The notes under the pieces were generated by a model. That model was not told the origin of the DNA and searched no databases. It saw only the letters and a program-made list of their open reading frames with translations. 64,000 bases of DNA from contig CAVNZM010000011.1 of the NCBI GenBank assembly GCA_963693365.1, positions 5,165,921 to 5,229,920 on the forward strand. The letters run 5' to 3'. The stretch is from Amoebidium appalachense (taxonomy: Eukaryota; Protista; Ichthyosporea). This document shows, piece by piece, positions 22,343 through 48,000 of the stretch (positions are counted from its first letter, which is position 1; the number at the start of each line of letters is the position of its first letter). The translations under genes were made by a program, and so were the position numbers.

Positions 22343-23271
22343 CACAAACGGAGAATTTGAAATACTTTTGTGTATGTCTGTATGTGAAGTATAAAAAGAA
22401 GGTTATTTACACAGTGGGACACGTGTGGTAGGGGCATCAAGAAAGATAGTCTGGGGGGACATGAAGGGAGTTGGGGGCTAGTATTCAAGCTGTGAAAGAA
22501 AGGTGAATGTGTCATACGTGGATTTGATGTGTCTAGGTTATTTTTTCGTGCAGCTCTGTATACGTAAACCGTTTTGGTTCTTCGGTATTTCCAGGCGAAG
22601 TTGTTCTAAGGTTGGTTTGGCTGGTGTGAGTTTTCGGTTTTTCAGGCAATATTGTTGGAATATTAAAGACCTTCCAATGATTCAATACAGTTTCTATCAC
22701 GGTATTAGTGTTAGGTGTCTATCAATCTGGATATATGCTGTTTGTCGACCGGGTGTTATAGCTATAGTATATTAGAAGTGCAAAAGAGTTTTTCCCGTAC
22801 GTATATGGTATGTCGTGGCTTGTATGTATGTATGTCACCGGGTCTTGTTTTACGTGCAACGCCACGTGGCAGGTGTCTATTCGGATATATACTGTTTGTC
22901 GACCGGGTGTTATAGCTATAGTATATTAAAAGTGAACAGATTGTTCCCCGTACGTATATGATATGTAGTGGTTTGTATGTAGGGTCTTGTTTTCATACGT
23001 GCTACGCCAGTTTACAAAGATACTCGAGCAATTGGCAATAGGTAAGCAGTGCGTACTGGTGAAACCGTGCACATGAATTTCATCCCCCCCCCCCCCCCCC
23101 CCCCTCCCTCTCCCCCCCCCCCCCCCCCCCTCCCCCCCCCAAAACACACATGTATACACACACACGCGCGCGCGCACACACACACACACACGTGACGCAC
23201 ACGCACACACGAGGAAGACCTAGGAACCCATGCTGTTTAAAACTTCAAAATCAAGGGCGGCCCGTGTCGTA

Positions 23272-23326
<55 letters not shown>

Positions 23327-23378
23327 AGACACAGTACACACACACACAGAGAGAGAGAGAGACAGAGATCTAGACACA

Positions 23379-23427
<49 letters not shown>

Positions 23428-23667
23428 GAGGGCAAGACCTTGGCACCCGTGGGTTTCATGAAAATTCAAAATCAAAAATGTCCGTGCTGTAGCCGTGCAC
23501 GTGGCCTCTCAGAACTTTAAAATTTTTAACCTGCAAGCTCGCCTGCCCATCGAAGCCTGCTAGATATTCGAATCTAGAAAAACAAGCGACAACGCAAAAG
23601 CGGCACGCAACACCCGATTTGGTTTTTTTTTTGTTTTTGTTGTTGTTGTTGTTTGCACTGTGTGTGT

Positions 23668-23719
<52 letters not shown>

Positions 23720-23863
23720 TTACAAGAAAGCAATCTCTCTTTATTTTCTAGGGTACACTCGCAAACAATGAGTTCCCCCCCCCCCCCCCCCCCTCTCCCC
23801 CCCCCCCACACACAGTATCTAGTTCTCTCTCTCATTCTCTCTCTCTCTCTCTTTCTTGCTCAG

Positions 23864-23907
<44 letters not shown>

Positions 23908-24994
23908 GGGGGGGGGGGGGCATAAAAACTGTAAGCGGAGACCTGGGTGTTACTGCAAAAAAGCAACAATCAGCCATTTAACGTTTGAAAATACAGCGGC
24001 TACCATAAACCTAAAAAGAACAAAAAACAAAACAAAACAAAACATTTAAATTTAATCACTGAGAATAATAATCTTGCAGGTGGTTTGAGTTCAGATCACG
24101 CGGCACTCAGATTGAAGATTTGCAGATTTAGGTGCAATGCAAAACATTCGGTGTAATGCAGAACATTCGGCGAGATGCAAAAAATTCCTGGCTCCAGGCC
24201 CGGGCAATCTTTTGCTTTCGGATCAAAAAACAAATACATACTCCCAAAGAGAGCCATCGGGAGCTAAAGATTTTAACATGCAGCAACGGTCTAATTTAGA
24301 ATAGACGTGTCAGTCGGCGCGACACGGTCTGTGTGTTTGTATTTATGTCGGTTGCAAAATCAAATGTGAGGGTGTGCTCACACTATACATATTTTATGTG
24401 TCGGTGGAAGGGGTAAAAAAGTGAGTGTGTGTGTGAGTGTGCTTGCGGTGGTGGTGGTGGTAGTGGTGGTGGTGTTGGTGGTGGTGGGAGGGGGGGGGGT
24501 TTGAATGCGGAAAACGGTACGAAGTACGCATACACGACGAGAAGCATGGTGCAGGACACATGCAAAGGCAAACATTCAAGTATGCAACATCAGCCATGTG
24601 CACAGTATGCGTCATAAGCAGAGCCCATCCTCAGGGAGGACCCAAGTCATCAATTGCGTCTGAGTTTCGACCCCTTAGCCCGCGTATATACGACGCTCCA
24701 ACTCAGACAGCAGCATCAACTGAAGGGGGGGGTTTGAATGCGTCAAAAAGTACGAAGTATACAAGAACAAACGGATAACACGATGCAGAATGCAAGCCAT
24801 ACATAAAGAGTATGCATAATAGGGGGGGGGGGGGGGGGGGGGGGGGTGATAAAGGAGAGAGAGGACTGAGTTACACTGTCGGACGGCCTGGTCTAATAAA
24901 TAAAATAATAAAATAAATGAAAGTACATGTGGCCGAGATAGCTTTTGCAAAACGGTTCTTGATACAAGTTTGGTGCGGCAGGTAAAGACCCCCC

Positions 24995-36875
<11,881 letters not shown>

Positions 36876-38714
36876 GGTGTCGATTGTTTGTGGTGTGTTG
36901 GGGAAAGGAACTGGTTTTGGAAAAAAGGGAGTGTTCAAACGTTGGCGAGAGGGCTATATGCTGTTGTGCAGTCGTATGTGTGTTCTACAAAGAGCTTTAG
37001 TTAGAGTTTGCCCGTACGTTCTCTATTGACAAATGAGAGCATACAGAGCATACAAAAGTGAAATCTATCGGCATCTATCGGCATTCCCCTCCTTCCCTGT
37101 CACTTCTGTCTCGCTCTTCTAAGCTTCTTTTGTTTCTTTCTTTTCTTTCTCAGTGTCAAAAATTATTTTAAGTGGGCTGTGCTGATTGAACAGATACCTC
37201 CCGCTCTTTTCCCCTTATCCAATGAAAGCTGAGATCGGCATAGGCCAGTGCTCAGTCCAGATTTCGAAAACATGAAAACTTCGTGTTTGACTGCGAAAAT
37301 TCGAACTGCGGCGACTTTCGATAAGGGAGGCTCTTTCTGTGTCAGCCGGGCTTTTGAGTCTTTGACTTGCCCATGAAACCCTATGTATGTGACATATGAA
37401 AGGGACTCTCGGTCAACCATCCAAGTCTAGAACGTACAATCGTGAATACAGGACGTTGCGTTAGATCTCGGACTGACGGAATACGATTCTTGAAATAATG
37501 TAGCTAATGCTGAAACGCACAGCACTTGAAGTCAGGGCATACATACTATTAGCAGGTTGGGAGGGGATGCTGTGTGTGATTGTTGGAGAGGAAGGGGAAT
37601 TCAAAGAATGAAGACAAGGGTTACCTCATATTTTCATTATACCCAAGAGAACCAAGGCACTCCAAACTGTGTAGCACAGCCTGGCAAATAGCGGGTAGAA
37701 CACAAGTCACGATGATTGAGCACACTACGTGACGTAAAACAAGACAAACATAATGCTGCAACAGCCTGTCACCCGCAACCGAACAACATGCCTAATAAAT
37801 GTGTGGCAGAATGCCAAGATTGCCAAAAATCATTCAAAGCACGTGAGTGTTGACCCATTCACCTTCGGGGAGGAGTGGGTGGGGGTGCGGGGGGAAGGGG
37901 CCGGGGCGGGGGGTGCCGGCACACGGTGGTGTGTGTGAGGGGCCGAGGGGGGAGGGGGGAGGGGGGAGGGGGGCGCGTCAGACTTTGAAGTACAACTGAT
38001 ACAGGCATACAAATCGCCCTTCCCGACCCCACCTGCTTTTAGGTCATCTAATATCAACCCTATATTAACTACAATAACCCCTTCTTCCCATGTCCAACTG
38101 AAATCCTGCCTGCTCGGCCTCTGCACACCTCTCGCACTCTTCGCCCTCTAGCCATTTCGACGAACTGTGTCACAAACGGTGCTCTTAAGTACGCCTGGGG
38201 AATTCGGGAGGAGGGAAGGGGTACCGGTGGGCGGCGGCGGGGGGGGGGGGGGGGGGGGGGGGAGGCAAGTGTTGCACGAAGGTGAGCACACCAAGAAGGG
38301 AAGCATAAACAAAGACGATAATAGCAAAAACACCACGTGCACCTGTACAGACTGAAGCACCAAAGAGACACTAAGTCCAACAGAGTCCCTCAAGGAGTTT
38401 CAGGTTGCCCCACCAAAAGAACACTATCGACCTCGAAACCTCTACATGTGAACATAAATTGATGTGTTTCCCAACCCAACCCATCTTGCAATGAGGGGGT
38501 GAGGGGGGGGTGAGGGGGGAGGTTGGGGGGGGGGGGGGGGGGGGGGGGGGGGAGGGTGGTGGGGGGTGGTGATGTATGCAAACACATACTGTATACACAC
38601 ACACTCACAATAGAGGCCATCATCAGGGGGGGGGGGGGGGGGGGGGGGAGGGGGGGGGGGAGGCAAGGGGCGGGGGGAATGTGGTTGCACGAAAGCGCCT
38701 GTGTTGGTGAGAAA

Positions 38715-38746
<32 letters not shown>

Positions 38747-39105
38747 TATATGGTTGAACGAAGGGCCTTGTGTTTGTTCATAACTGCAGTGAGAACTGGA
38801 AGTCAAAGTTGGTGTGCTTGCACGACGTACATAAAGCGCTATCGCCTAAGTGCACGTTCCGATCGCTAGCCTTTGCACCCACGAACGCACGCACGCAGGC
38901 ACCCATACACCTATTGTGAGTGTGTGTGTATACAGTATGTGTTTGCATGCTTGTGTGCGTTTGTGTGTGGGGGGGGATGGGGGCAAAGGCTATGCACTGT
39001 GTCGGGGCTATGCACTGTGTCGGGAATGGATGTGTGTTAGCGAGAAGGCGTGTGTGTGCGTATATAGGGGGCGCGGGGGGGAAGGGTGGATGGGGGTTAA
39101 GGGGT

Positions 39106-39147
<42 letters not shown>

Positions 39148-39504
39148 AGGGCTGTGCACTACGTGGGGGGTTAGATATTGCTTAGCATGCACTCCTGCAG
39201 GCTTCGGCAAACACACGCACTATAGGCTGTTAAAAGGAAGGGAAGGTTAAGTATTTAGGCTTCGAAGCCTTATCTCATTGAAAGGAGCATTGCGAGAGCG
39301 GGTGAGGGGCGGAAAGGGAGGGGATAAGGGGGGGGGGGCAGCGGGAGCACACATATACTACGCAAACGTCACAACTGCGGAATATGAAGCTGTTCTGCGT
39401 CAAAAGGAACTCTTTATTTTTAAACAATCAGACGGCAGCCCCATAGTCGCTCGTGGGCATCACATCATCCTCCGTGTCACTCCCACTTCCTTCACCTTCT
39501 TCCC

Positions 39505-41075
39505 CTACATCTTCCCACATGCTCCTCCCCCTGTATCTCTCCTCCCACTCCTCCTTTGCGCTCTGTTCCCCTCGCCCTCCTGTGCGTACTCGCTTTCGCT
39601 AACATCCTGCTCCGCATCATTGGTGGTGTTGTTCGGTTTCGCTGCGGCGCTTGTGTTCTCCAACCCCTTGTTCCGTGTCTTTAGGTGCCGCTTGCACAGT
39701 CGCACCCCTCCGTGTTCGTGGCTTGGCATGGCTTTGAGGCCACAAAGTTCCCCCGACTGCTTGTTTGCTTGGCAGGGACCGATAACCAGTGCCACTAAGG
39801 CCTTTTGCTTCTTTCTTCCCTCCGCTGCCTTTGCCCGTTCCTCCTTCTTCTGCTTCTCCTCCGCCACAACACGTTCCTTCTCTCTTCTGCCGTCCAAGTG
39901 CTGCTCGCTTGTTCCGATCATGCACCCCTGTTGCTTTTTCCGTTTTCGCACTATCGTGGCGTTGCTGTTTGGGTTGCGTTCTGCGAGTGGTGCTCGACCG
40001 TGTGGTGGTGTTTGCTGGGGCGTGCTGGTGGGGTCGGCTGTTTGCGCGGGGGGTTGGGTGGGGAGGGGGCCTGCCTGCTCGGGACGAATGTTGTGCACTG
40101 TACCGAACCGCTGTCTTGCTGTTTTGAGGGCAAAGACTTCTGCCTCCAATTCGGGTGTCGCCGGGTGTGCTCGAGGTATATTGTGCTGGTGCTCCAACCG
40201 TCATCAGAGTAGGCTAGCAACGCGTCTGGGTGGATATACTTAACGGCCGTTTCCATTTCCTCTGACATGAGACGCGAGGGCACTACAATGGTGGGGGGGA
40301 GGGCGTCACCGGACGCAACAATAGTAGGAATGATGGATAGGTGCCAGTCTTGCTCAGCAAACCCATAGCCGACTTTGTAGGTGTTTTTCATGTCTGTGAC
40401 CGTGAGAAGTTTCTGACCCGCACGCCCGTTGGTTATGCGCAGTTGTTTCTCGTCGTCATTGAACAGATTCTTCTCCACGTTTATCTGCTTTTCTTCCACC
40501 AGTTCCTCCATCATATCAAACCACGAATTCATCTTCTCCTCCGTGAGAGCGGAAACGCGCGCTTTCGAAAGTTCGTTTGGTTTGCGGAAAGTGAGGTTGT
40601 AACCGTGCTGTTTGGCACGGCGTTCGAACAAATAGAACCACGCCTCACCCGGAAGCCCGTCTGCTGTATTGTATTTTTGGCCGTTACGCTCAGCAATGTC
40701 CCGTGCAGACCTGAGAACTTCAGCACGAGAAACCCCCAACCCCCTCCCAGCCAGGAACACCAGCCCACTAGCAAGGCCAATCTCCTCATCTGCTGTTAGA
40801 ATGGGCTTAGGGCCCGGTTTCTTGTTTCCATACTCAGGGTCTTTTGCGTGTCTGTATAGGGTTGCAACGGAAATGCCAGTGGTTGCAGATACTTCGGCAA
40901 CCCGTTGCTTGACTGAGCTTCTCTTCTTTAGCTGTCTAGTTGCCTGTTCCATGAACATGGGATTATACTTGGGCCCGTACTTGTAACCCTGCTTTATTAC
41001 ACTAGGTGCACTGGGAGTGGGCCCTTTTTTGCGAAGCTTAGGCATAGGCTTGTTTTTTTTGGGAGCCTTTGCCAT
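39505..41075 (-). mobile_element. pogo/Fot1-like (CENP-B HTH + DDE_1) transposase, internally deleted and frameshifted
   Basis: HTH (GISVATLYRH), CENP-B-type HTH (ILTADEE...PGEAWFYLFERR), first catalytic region NLFNDDEK, ASGDALPP, YSDDGW. At ~40167 it jumps to the charged C-terminus with a Cys/His knuckle in another frame. Second and third catalytic motifs are absent; TIRs not found. Confidence 0.85.
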
Positions 41076-43592
41076 TTTCTGACACGCAGTTACAAAAGTG
41101 CTGTACTATGCTAGTGTTGTGGTCAGTAATGAAGGCCAATGCTACCCCGAGCATCACGTGCTCACACCAGCTACCTAACCCTACACAGTTACACCCAAAC
41201 AAAGGCCCAAGCTACTCAGAAACACTTATTTAGTTGAAAAGAAAGTGGTTTGTGCCCGTTTATTACGTAGAAAACATGTCTGAAGGGTTTTGGCCCGCAG
41301 CTCATGAGAGCTCACATTTCACGTTCTGGGTATCGGAGAAGCGCCGTTTTTTTTTGCCGTTGCAGGCCTGAGTGCCAGTAACCGCCCCACCCATTTCCCC
41401 GCCCATATTCAAACAAAACCAATGAGAAAAAACGCACAAAAAAAGAAAATAACCAAGTATGGGATCATAAGTTTCTCACGATTTACAGGTCTCTCACGAT
41501 TGGCGGCGCGGGCCCGGACCCGGCCCGGCCCGCCGTTTTACACGCTGAGCCCTTGTTAGCCCCAAAAAGTGACCTTTAGATCCATGCGCAGCTGCCTTAT
41601 ATAATATGATCTGAAACTTTTGTCCAATGAAAATCGTTATCGCTCCCAATTTGGAAAGTGACTTTCGGGCCAAAAAGCTACCTAATCGGTCGCTAAAACG
41701 GTTTGGGTCTCTGCACGGTAGTATACCCGTGACTACTGAACCGGCCCGTATGAAAGGGATAGATATACGCGGCAGCGTTTTGATTCCTTTGACAACTTCA
41801 TGCCGAGTGAAGGGAGTACTTGCTTGTGTACTTACCCCCCCCAAATGAAAATTTTTGTGTTTTTCAATTTTAAGGTTTGGGCATTTCAGGGGCTGAACAA
41901 ACTGTAGCCCGAACTCACCACACCACACACACACAACTTCTTTGCAGTGTACAGCAGTTCCCGTAAAGTTTCTCGTCTGTGCTTAGGGGTTTAGCACACA
42001 CGCCATACACCGGCAACACCAGCACGCTTAGCTATAAGGACGCCTGGGGCAGGGACTTTAGCGCTAGTCCACTAGATCCATTCTAGACCACACAGTAGAT
42101 AGGGGGGTGTGGTGACGGCCTCCCCAGGCCTCACCCCTCTTTGGTGTAACTGCTGTTGGCTGAGCACCTTATAGCATAGCTGGTTTTACACGGTCTGCTC
42201 TTGTACACCTACACACACCGACACACAACATAAGTATACGAAAATACAGTGAATACACTACAAAATACACCACCTAGATCTCCTGGGCCAATCATTGAGA
42301 GACTTCCGGCAGTGTCCACGCAATAAAAAGTGTGTAAACCCCCACTTACCAGAGAATCTTCAAAACTTTAAATTTGATATTGTAGATCCGGTATCACATA
42401 CAGCCGCACACTGGCCGCTGACGCCGTACATATAAGAAGTTTTTGCTTACCTGATATTCATGTTAACACAAAGATGAAATCACAAAATAGAAAGCATGTG
42501 TACATGTACACATGTGCATCATGTGCATGCCTGACTGATCATGCATAGACTTGTGCGCCGTCCAGGGTAGGAGGTCTTGCACAGGGGCACGCACATCATG
42601 TGGGCCGTGGACGTCATGTCCCGTGTACTTATGACACATATACACATGTGCACTGCATACGCATGAATCCGACTAGAGCATTGGCACATGCGCATGTAAA
42701 TGTATCATGAGATTCATAGCATTGTGCATGCGACTATCTATCATCCATTCTTAGATATGAATCATTATTATGAAGTCGGTGAGATATATTTGAGATAACT
42801 ACATTTCAGAAAAAGAGATGAAATTGTGAGAAAGTATTACGCATGCTGATCAACGTCCCACTTTATGTGTGCGTCTGCATGTGACCGCCGCGGGGCTCAC
42901 GCCCATCATCAGTTGGGCCGTGCTAACCTGTTTGTATGTACGTGAAACGGGCCCATTTATGATACCTGGAGCACGTCCATATGTACGTGAAACTGGCCCA
43001 TGTTTGATTCAGCGGGCCCCGGGGGAACACGTCCATTCCAACTTCAAAACCTGCTCACGTTCGATAAGTCTTGCGTCAATCGCATGTTTCGATTAAAGAC
43101 CAAATATGGCTACACTTAAACAGTACCAATCATTGCACTTACATTTACGTACAAAGAACTGATTGGCTAAGCCATACAGAGACTAACCAATCGGAATTTT
43201 GAAAGTAGCTGGCAGTTCGAATTCCACATGTCACTTCGTCGTCGTGGCTGCGGCCGGGCCGTTCCTCAAAGAAAACCCGTCTAAGAACGAACCATTCTCG
43301 ATGCCCTTGCCAAGTTGCCATATGATGAGTCAAGGCTCGGGAATCACGTACACCCAGGTACTTGTCCGGGAATGTGTTTAGGGTGAACACCAAATAAAAT
43401 AAGCCAATCAAAGCCCGTTAAATAAAAACGACTCATTCTTTTCTTAAAGTTGCACAGATCTGGATGTAGATCTAAAAAAAAATTGTCACACGCAGTGCAA
43501 ATTGAGCCAATTTCGCTAGTAGGCTAAAGGAGCTACGAAATCAATTATAACATCGTTTTCTTAGTTGCTTCATTTTTATTAAACCAAGTAGT

Positions 43593-44054
43593 TGTTGGAA
43601 GTAGAGTCCGCTGTGACTAGGGTCGTCGTGGCGCGCTTGGGCGCTGACCCGTTTTTTACTGCTTTCAGTGTGTTAACTCCATGACTGAACTCCATGAATA
43701 ACTCCATCACTGAACTCCATGACTAACTCCATGACTGAACTCCATGACTGAACTCCATGACTTAACTCCATGACTGAACTCCATGACTGAACTCCATGAC
43801 TTAACTCCATGACTGAACTCCATTTCTGCACCTGGCAGAGCCGTGGTTTATATACCCGTGGGGCAGCAGTCTGGAATGTAATCCGGATGCCAGGCGCTAA
43901 TCGGATTGGTTACTTTCATTTAGAGATCTCTGGGACCAGTGAACCAATCGTTTGCAGTCAAAACACAATTGGCAACATTCCTCAACTATGCAGATGTGCA
44001 TGTGGTGATCGAGTGTCAGCGTGTGTCTGTGTACACGGAACCAATTGTAAAGCT
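43593..44054 (-). repeat. LTR-A, partial copy lacking its first 44 bp
   Basis: Same length (462 bp) and same diagnostic variants as 49168-49629. Confidence 0.92.
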
Positions 44055-44819
44055 TGTTGGACATTGTGTTCATAGAAGCTAGTTCTAGTGCACGTTGTTC
44101 CTTCTGTAAGTCAGAAATGATTGCATCTTGTGAGGCCAACCTCTGCTCCAGTAGTTGGACTAGTTGCTGCAACTGTAAGTTGTCAGACATAGTGTCGTGT
44201 ATGATGGGTAACTAGTCTATGTGTTTTGTGCACTGGAAACGACAGTAGAAAAGTGTAAATCAAACGTTCTGCTTCCCATGTTTGTGACATGGGAGGCACT
44301 GCTTTATATAGTCGTTGGCCACCTCATGGTGGCCTCGTGTGCACCCTGGTGGTGGGCCATGTACAGCATGGCCGAAAAGAGAGCACAATGAAAACAAGTC
44401 GTTAAAGATATAAAAGTTAACTGTGCACGTTGAGTGGCTAGTTAACTTGCACTAAAGCACACAAATAAACGTGTTTAACACACCAATTGCAGTTAAACGT
44501 AAATCTTGCTTCACACAACTAAAAATATTCTGAGAATATCCGGGAATAAAGCACACTACCACTCTAAGAATAGAATCCTGTGGCAAATATAGACATGACA
44601 TCATCTGAACCGGGAATATTAATTAATGAGCACAATTAGCACGTTGCTAGTGAAGCTCGTCATTGGTACAGTTTTGGCTCAAACATATAACTACCATATA
44701 TGAATATGACCGTAAACAAAAGCTCTATGCACTCGAGTGAGTGTTGAAACAGTTATTCAATTGCTCAGAAACTTTCTCTAACAGACATTGCTAGCCGGGA
44801 GTACCAGTGTACTCCAACA
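44055..44819 (-). repeat. LTR-B (765 bp), 3' copy
   Basis: TGTTGGAGTAC...TGTCCAACA on - strand; preceded by GAGTAGGGG; matches 50600-51136 plus 52327-52554 (537+228=765 bp). Confidence 0.92.
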
Positions 44820-45005
44820 CCCCTACTCAATTGGATAATTGTGGTATGAATTAATGCAACTGAGCTCGAGTGCTTCAGGTGCACAAAATACAGACAATAA
44901 AGATTCCCCTACTCAATTTTAGTATGGTACACGTAGTTGCACAGTCGGATGCAACTCTCTCCCCCCCCCTGAAGTATGAGGGCGCAGTTGGTTGATGACG
45001 GGTGC

Positions 45006-48000
45006 TCAGCACATGTTGAGCATCCCCACGGCCTTGGTGAAGAAAGAGGCAGACAGGGCCTTGGTGAACATGTCGGCCTTGTTGTCAGCAGAAGCCACCG
45101 GGACCACAGTGATGTTGCCCAGCAGGTGATGTTCCTTGACGGAGCAGTAGCGGACGTCGATGTGCTTGGTCTTGGGCTTAACCCCCAGGGTGTCCAGCAG
45201 GGCCCGGGCAGACTCATTGTCCCCATGGATGGGCACCGGGGTGGGCTCATTGATAGGATTAAGGCCCAGGTCGTCCATCACATAGTTGAGCCATAGGGCC
45301 TCGTTCGTAGCAGCAGACATGGCCACAAATTCAGCCTCAGTGGAGCTGTGGGTGGTGATGGACTGGAGCCGAGACACCCAGGACACAGGGGAGGAGTTTA
45401 TGAAGAAGACATAGCCCGTGGTGGAGCGCCGGGTGTCGCGGTCCTCGGCGTAGTCGGAGTCGGAGTAGCCAACAAGGTTGGGGGGGCCGGGACGGTAGAC
45501 AATACCCAGGTCGATGGTGGCCAGCAGGTAGCTTACAACTCTGGTAGCCATAGTCCAGTGGGTGACGGTGGGCGCATGAATGTGTCGAGTAAGGACTCCC
45601 AGAGCCTGGGAAATGTCGGGGCGGGTGGTACGCGCAATCCACAGCAGGGCACCGACCAGGCTGGCATAGTCCTCCTTCTTGCTGTAGGCTGGGGTCTTGT
45701 TGCTTTCACTGGCCTGGCCCGGGACGATGGGGGTCTTGGTGCCGGACATGTGGGTGAGACGAAAACGGGCAGCCAAGTCGATGATGTGTTGACGATGGCC
45801 CAGACGCAGAGACCCGTCCTCCAGCCAGGTAAGAGTGTGCCCGATGAGCAGGGTAGGACGACCCAGGTCCTTGGCAGAGAAACGAGCATCCAGCTTGGTG
45901 AAAAAATCGTCGATGAGCGCATCAGTGGCGGCCGTCACGGTGAAGTCATCCACGTAGGCAGCAAGGGCAATAAATGTTGGGGTCCCGGCATTCTTGATGA
46001 ACAGGCACGGGTCAGCAGCACTCACAATGAAGCCTTGGTCGAGGAGATGGTCACGGAGGGCCTCATACCACTGGCGCGGTGCCTGTTTTAGGCCGTAGAG
46101 CGCCTTGTGGAGCAAGCCGACAGCATGGGGGGCCGAGGGGTTGACGAAGCCAGGGGGCTGCTCAATGTAGATGGTCTCGTTGACGGTGCCGTTGAGGAAT
46201 GCTGTGTTGACGTCGATGTGGCGCAGAGGCAGACCTTGGGCCACGGAGGTAGCCAAAACCAGCCGGATGGTAGCCAGCGCAGCCACAGGTGACTCGGTGA
46301 CGAAATAGTCCTGGCCAGGCTGCTGGTAGTTGCCCCGGGCCACAAGCCGGGCCTTGAAAGCAGTGACGTTGCCGACGTTGTCCTGCTTGACCGTAAAGAC
46401 CCAGCCGACCGGAATGACAGTGGAGCCATCCTCTGGACGGGGCACAAGGGTGAAGGTGCCGTTGTCTTCCAGGGCCTTGAGCTCACGGTGTGCAGCCTCC
46501 TCCCATTTCAGACGCTGGGGACTCTTGAGTGCAGCCCGGACAGTCTTGGGGACAACAATGGTGGAAGCCTTGATGGGTGTTGATGCAGGAGCCGTAGCCT
46601 GGGGGGCAAGGGGGGCCGTAGCAGCAGCCACGTTGGCAGTCGGGCCTCGACGTTGGTCGTTGTACACAGCGCCACTACGGGTCGTCCGGGGGAGCCGATG
46701 TGCAGGCTCGGGCAGGATCGGAATGTCCAATTGATCACTCGGCGCTGTCCCATTGGCTGACAGACGAGACGAATCAGATTGCTGATCATTCCGGACGATG
46801 TGATTGGCTGGCTGATTTGACGAATCAGATGACTCCAAAAAATGATGAATTGCCGGTGCGGTCGACCAATCAGATGGGACATCACGGAGGGGGTGCAGAA
46901 TAGCAGCCTCGTCGAACTGCACGTCACGGCTGACGGTCATCTTGTGTGCTGCTGGAATCCAGACCTTGTAGCCCTTGATGTTAGGAGGGTAGCCCACGAA
47001 GACGCCCTTGACGGCACGAGGCGCCAGTTTCGGTGTATCCTGTTGATGGACGTAGCAGGGAGAGCCCCAGACACGGAGCCGGCTGTAGTCGGGAGGAATG
47101 CCGGTCCACAGCAGAGCGGGAGACGATTGGCTGCCGGTGGCTCGCGACGGGAGCATGTTGCGTATAAAAGCCGCGGTCACAGCTGCCTCGGCCCAGAATC
47201 CCACCGGAAGGCCGGACTGCTGCAGGAGTGCCCGAACCATGTCGAGGAGGGTCCGGTTCAGTCGTTCGGCAGTCCCATTCTGTTGAGGAGAGCCGGTGGT
47301 AGTGATCTGATGGCGAATGCCATGCTCACGGTTGTAGTCCCCGAAGGCCGTGCCCATGTACTCGCCCCCCCGTCGGACTGAAACACCTGCATGGGAACAC
47401 CGTGTTGGGTAACCGCCGCCTTGTGGTACGTCACATATGCAGCCAGTGTGTCCGACTTCTTGACGAGGGGCACGGCCGTGGTGTGGCCGGTGAATTCGTC
47501 GTGGAACGTCGCCAAGTACTGAGCACCACCGATCGCGGGAGGGAAGGGGCCGCTGATGTCGCTGTGAACCTTGGCTAGGACCCGGGGAGCTTGGCTAGTT
47601 GATTCGGAGAAGGCAACACGGTGGGCTTTGCCGAGGGCACAGGGCTCACACACACCCGGAGACTTGGCACCGCCACCCACCAACAGGCCTGCAGACTTGA
47701 TGACCGAGCGTACAGCGTCAATGCCAGCATGGCCCAGACGGTAGTGCCACGTGTTGAGGTCGGCAGTAACCTTGAGGATACGCGGAGCAGTGGTGGTTTG
47801 GGCGTCCGGGGTTGTGTCCGCGCGCAGAAGAGACACCGCCATGTGGTACAGCTTGGTGCCGACAGCCGAGCCGGTGGCCAGAATTTGATCGCCGTAGCAC
47901 AACTTAACGCCGCCGCGGGTGTCAAAGCGGGGTAAAACACCGTTGGTAGTTGCCGTGAACACACTGATGAGAGTGTCGGGGATGGAGGGCACGTAGAGTA

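Noticed and set aside
41940-43590. Unexplained microsatellite-poor block with small repeats and CCAAT boxes
   Set aside because: Probably a TE remnant or promoter, but no ORF, termini or RNA motif could be supported.
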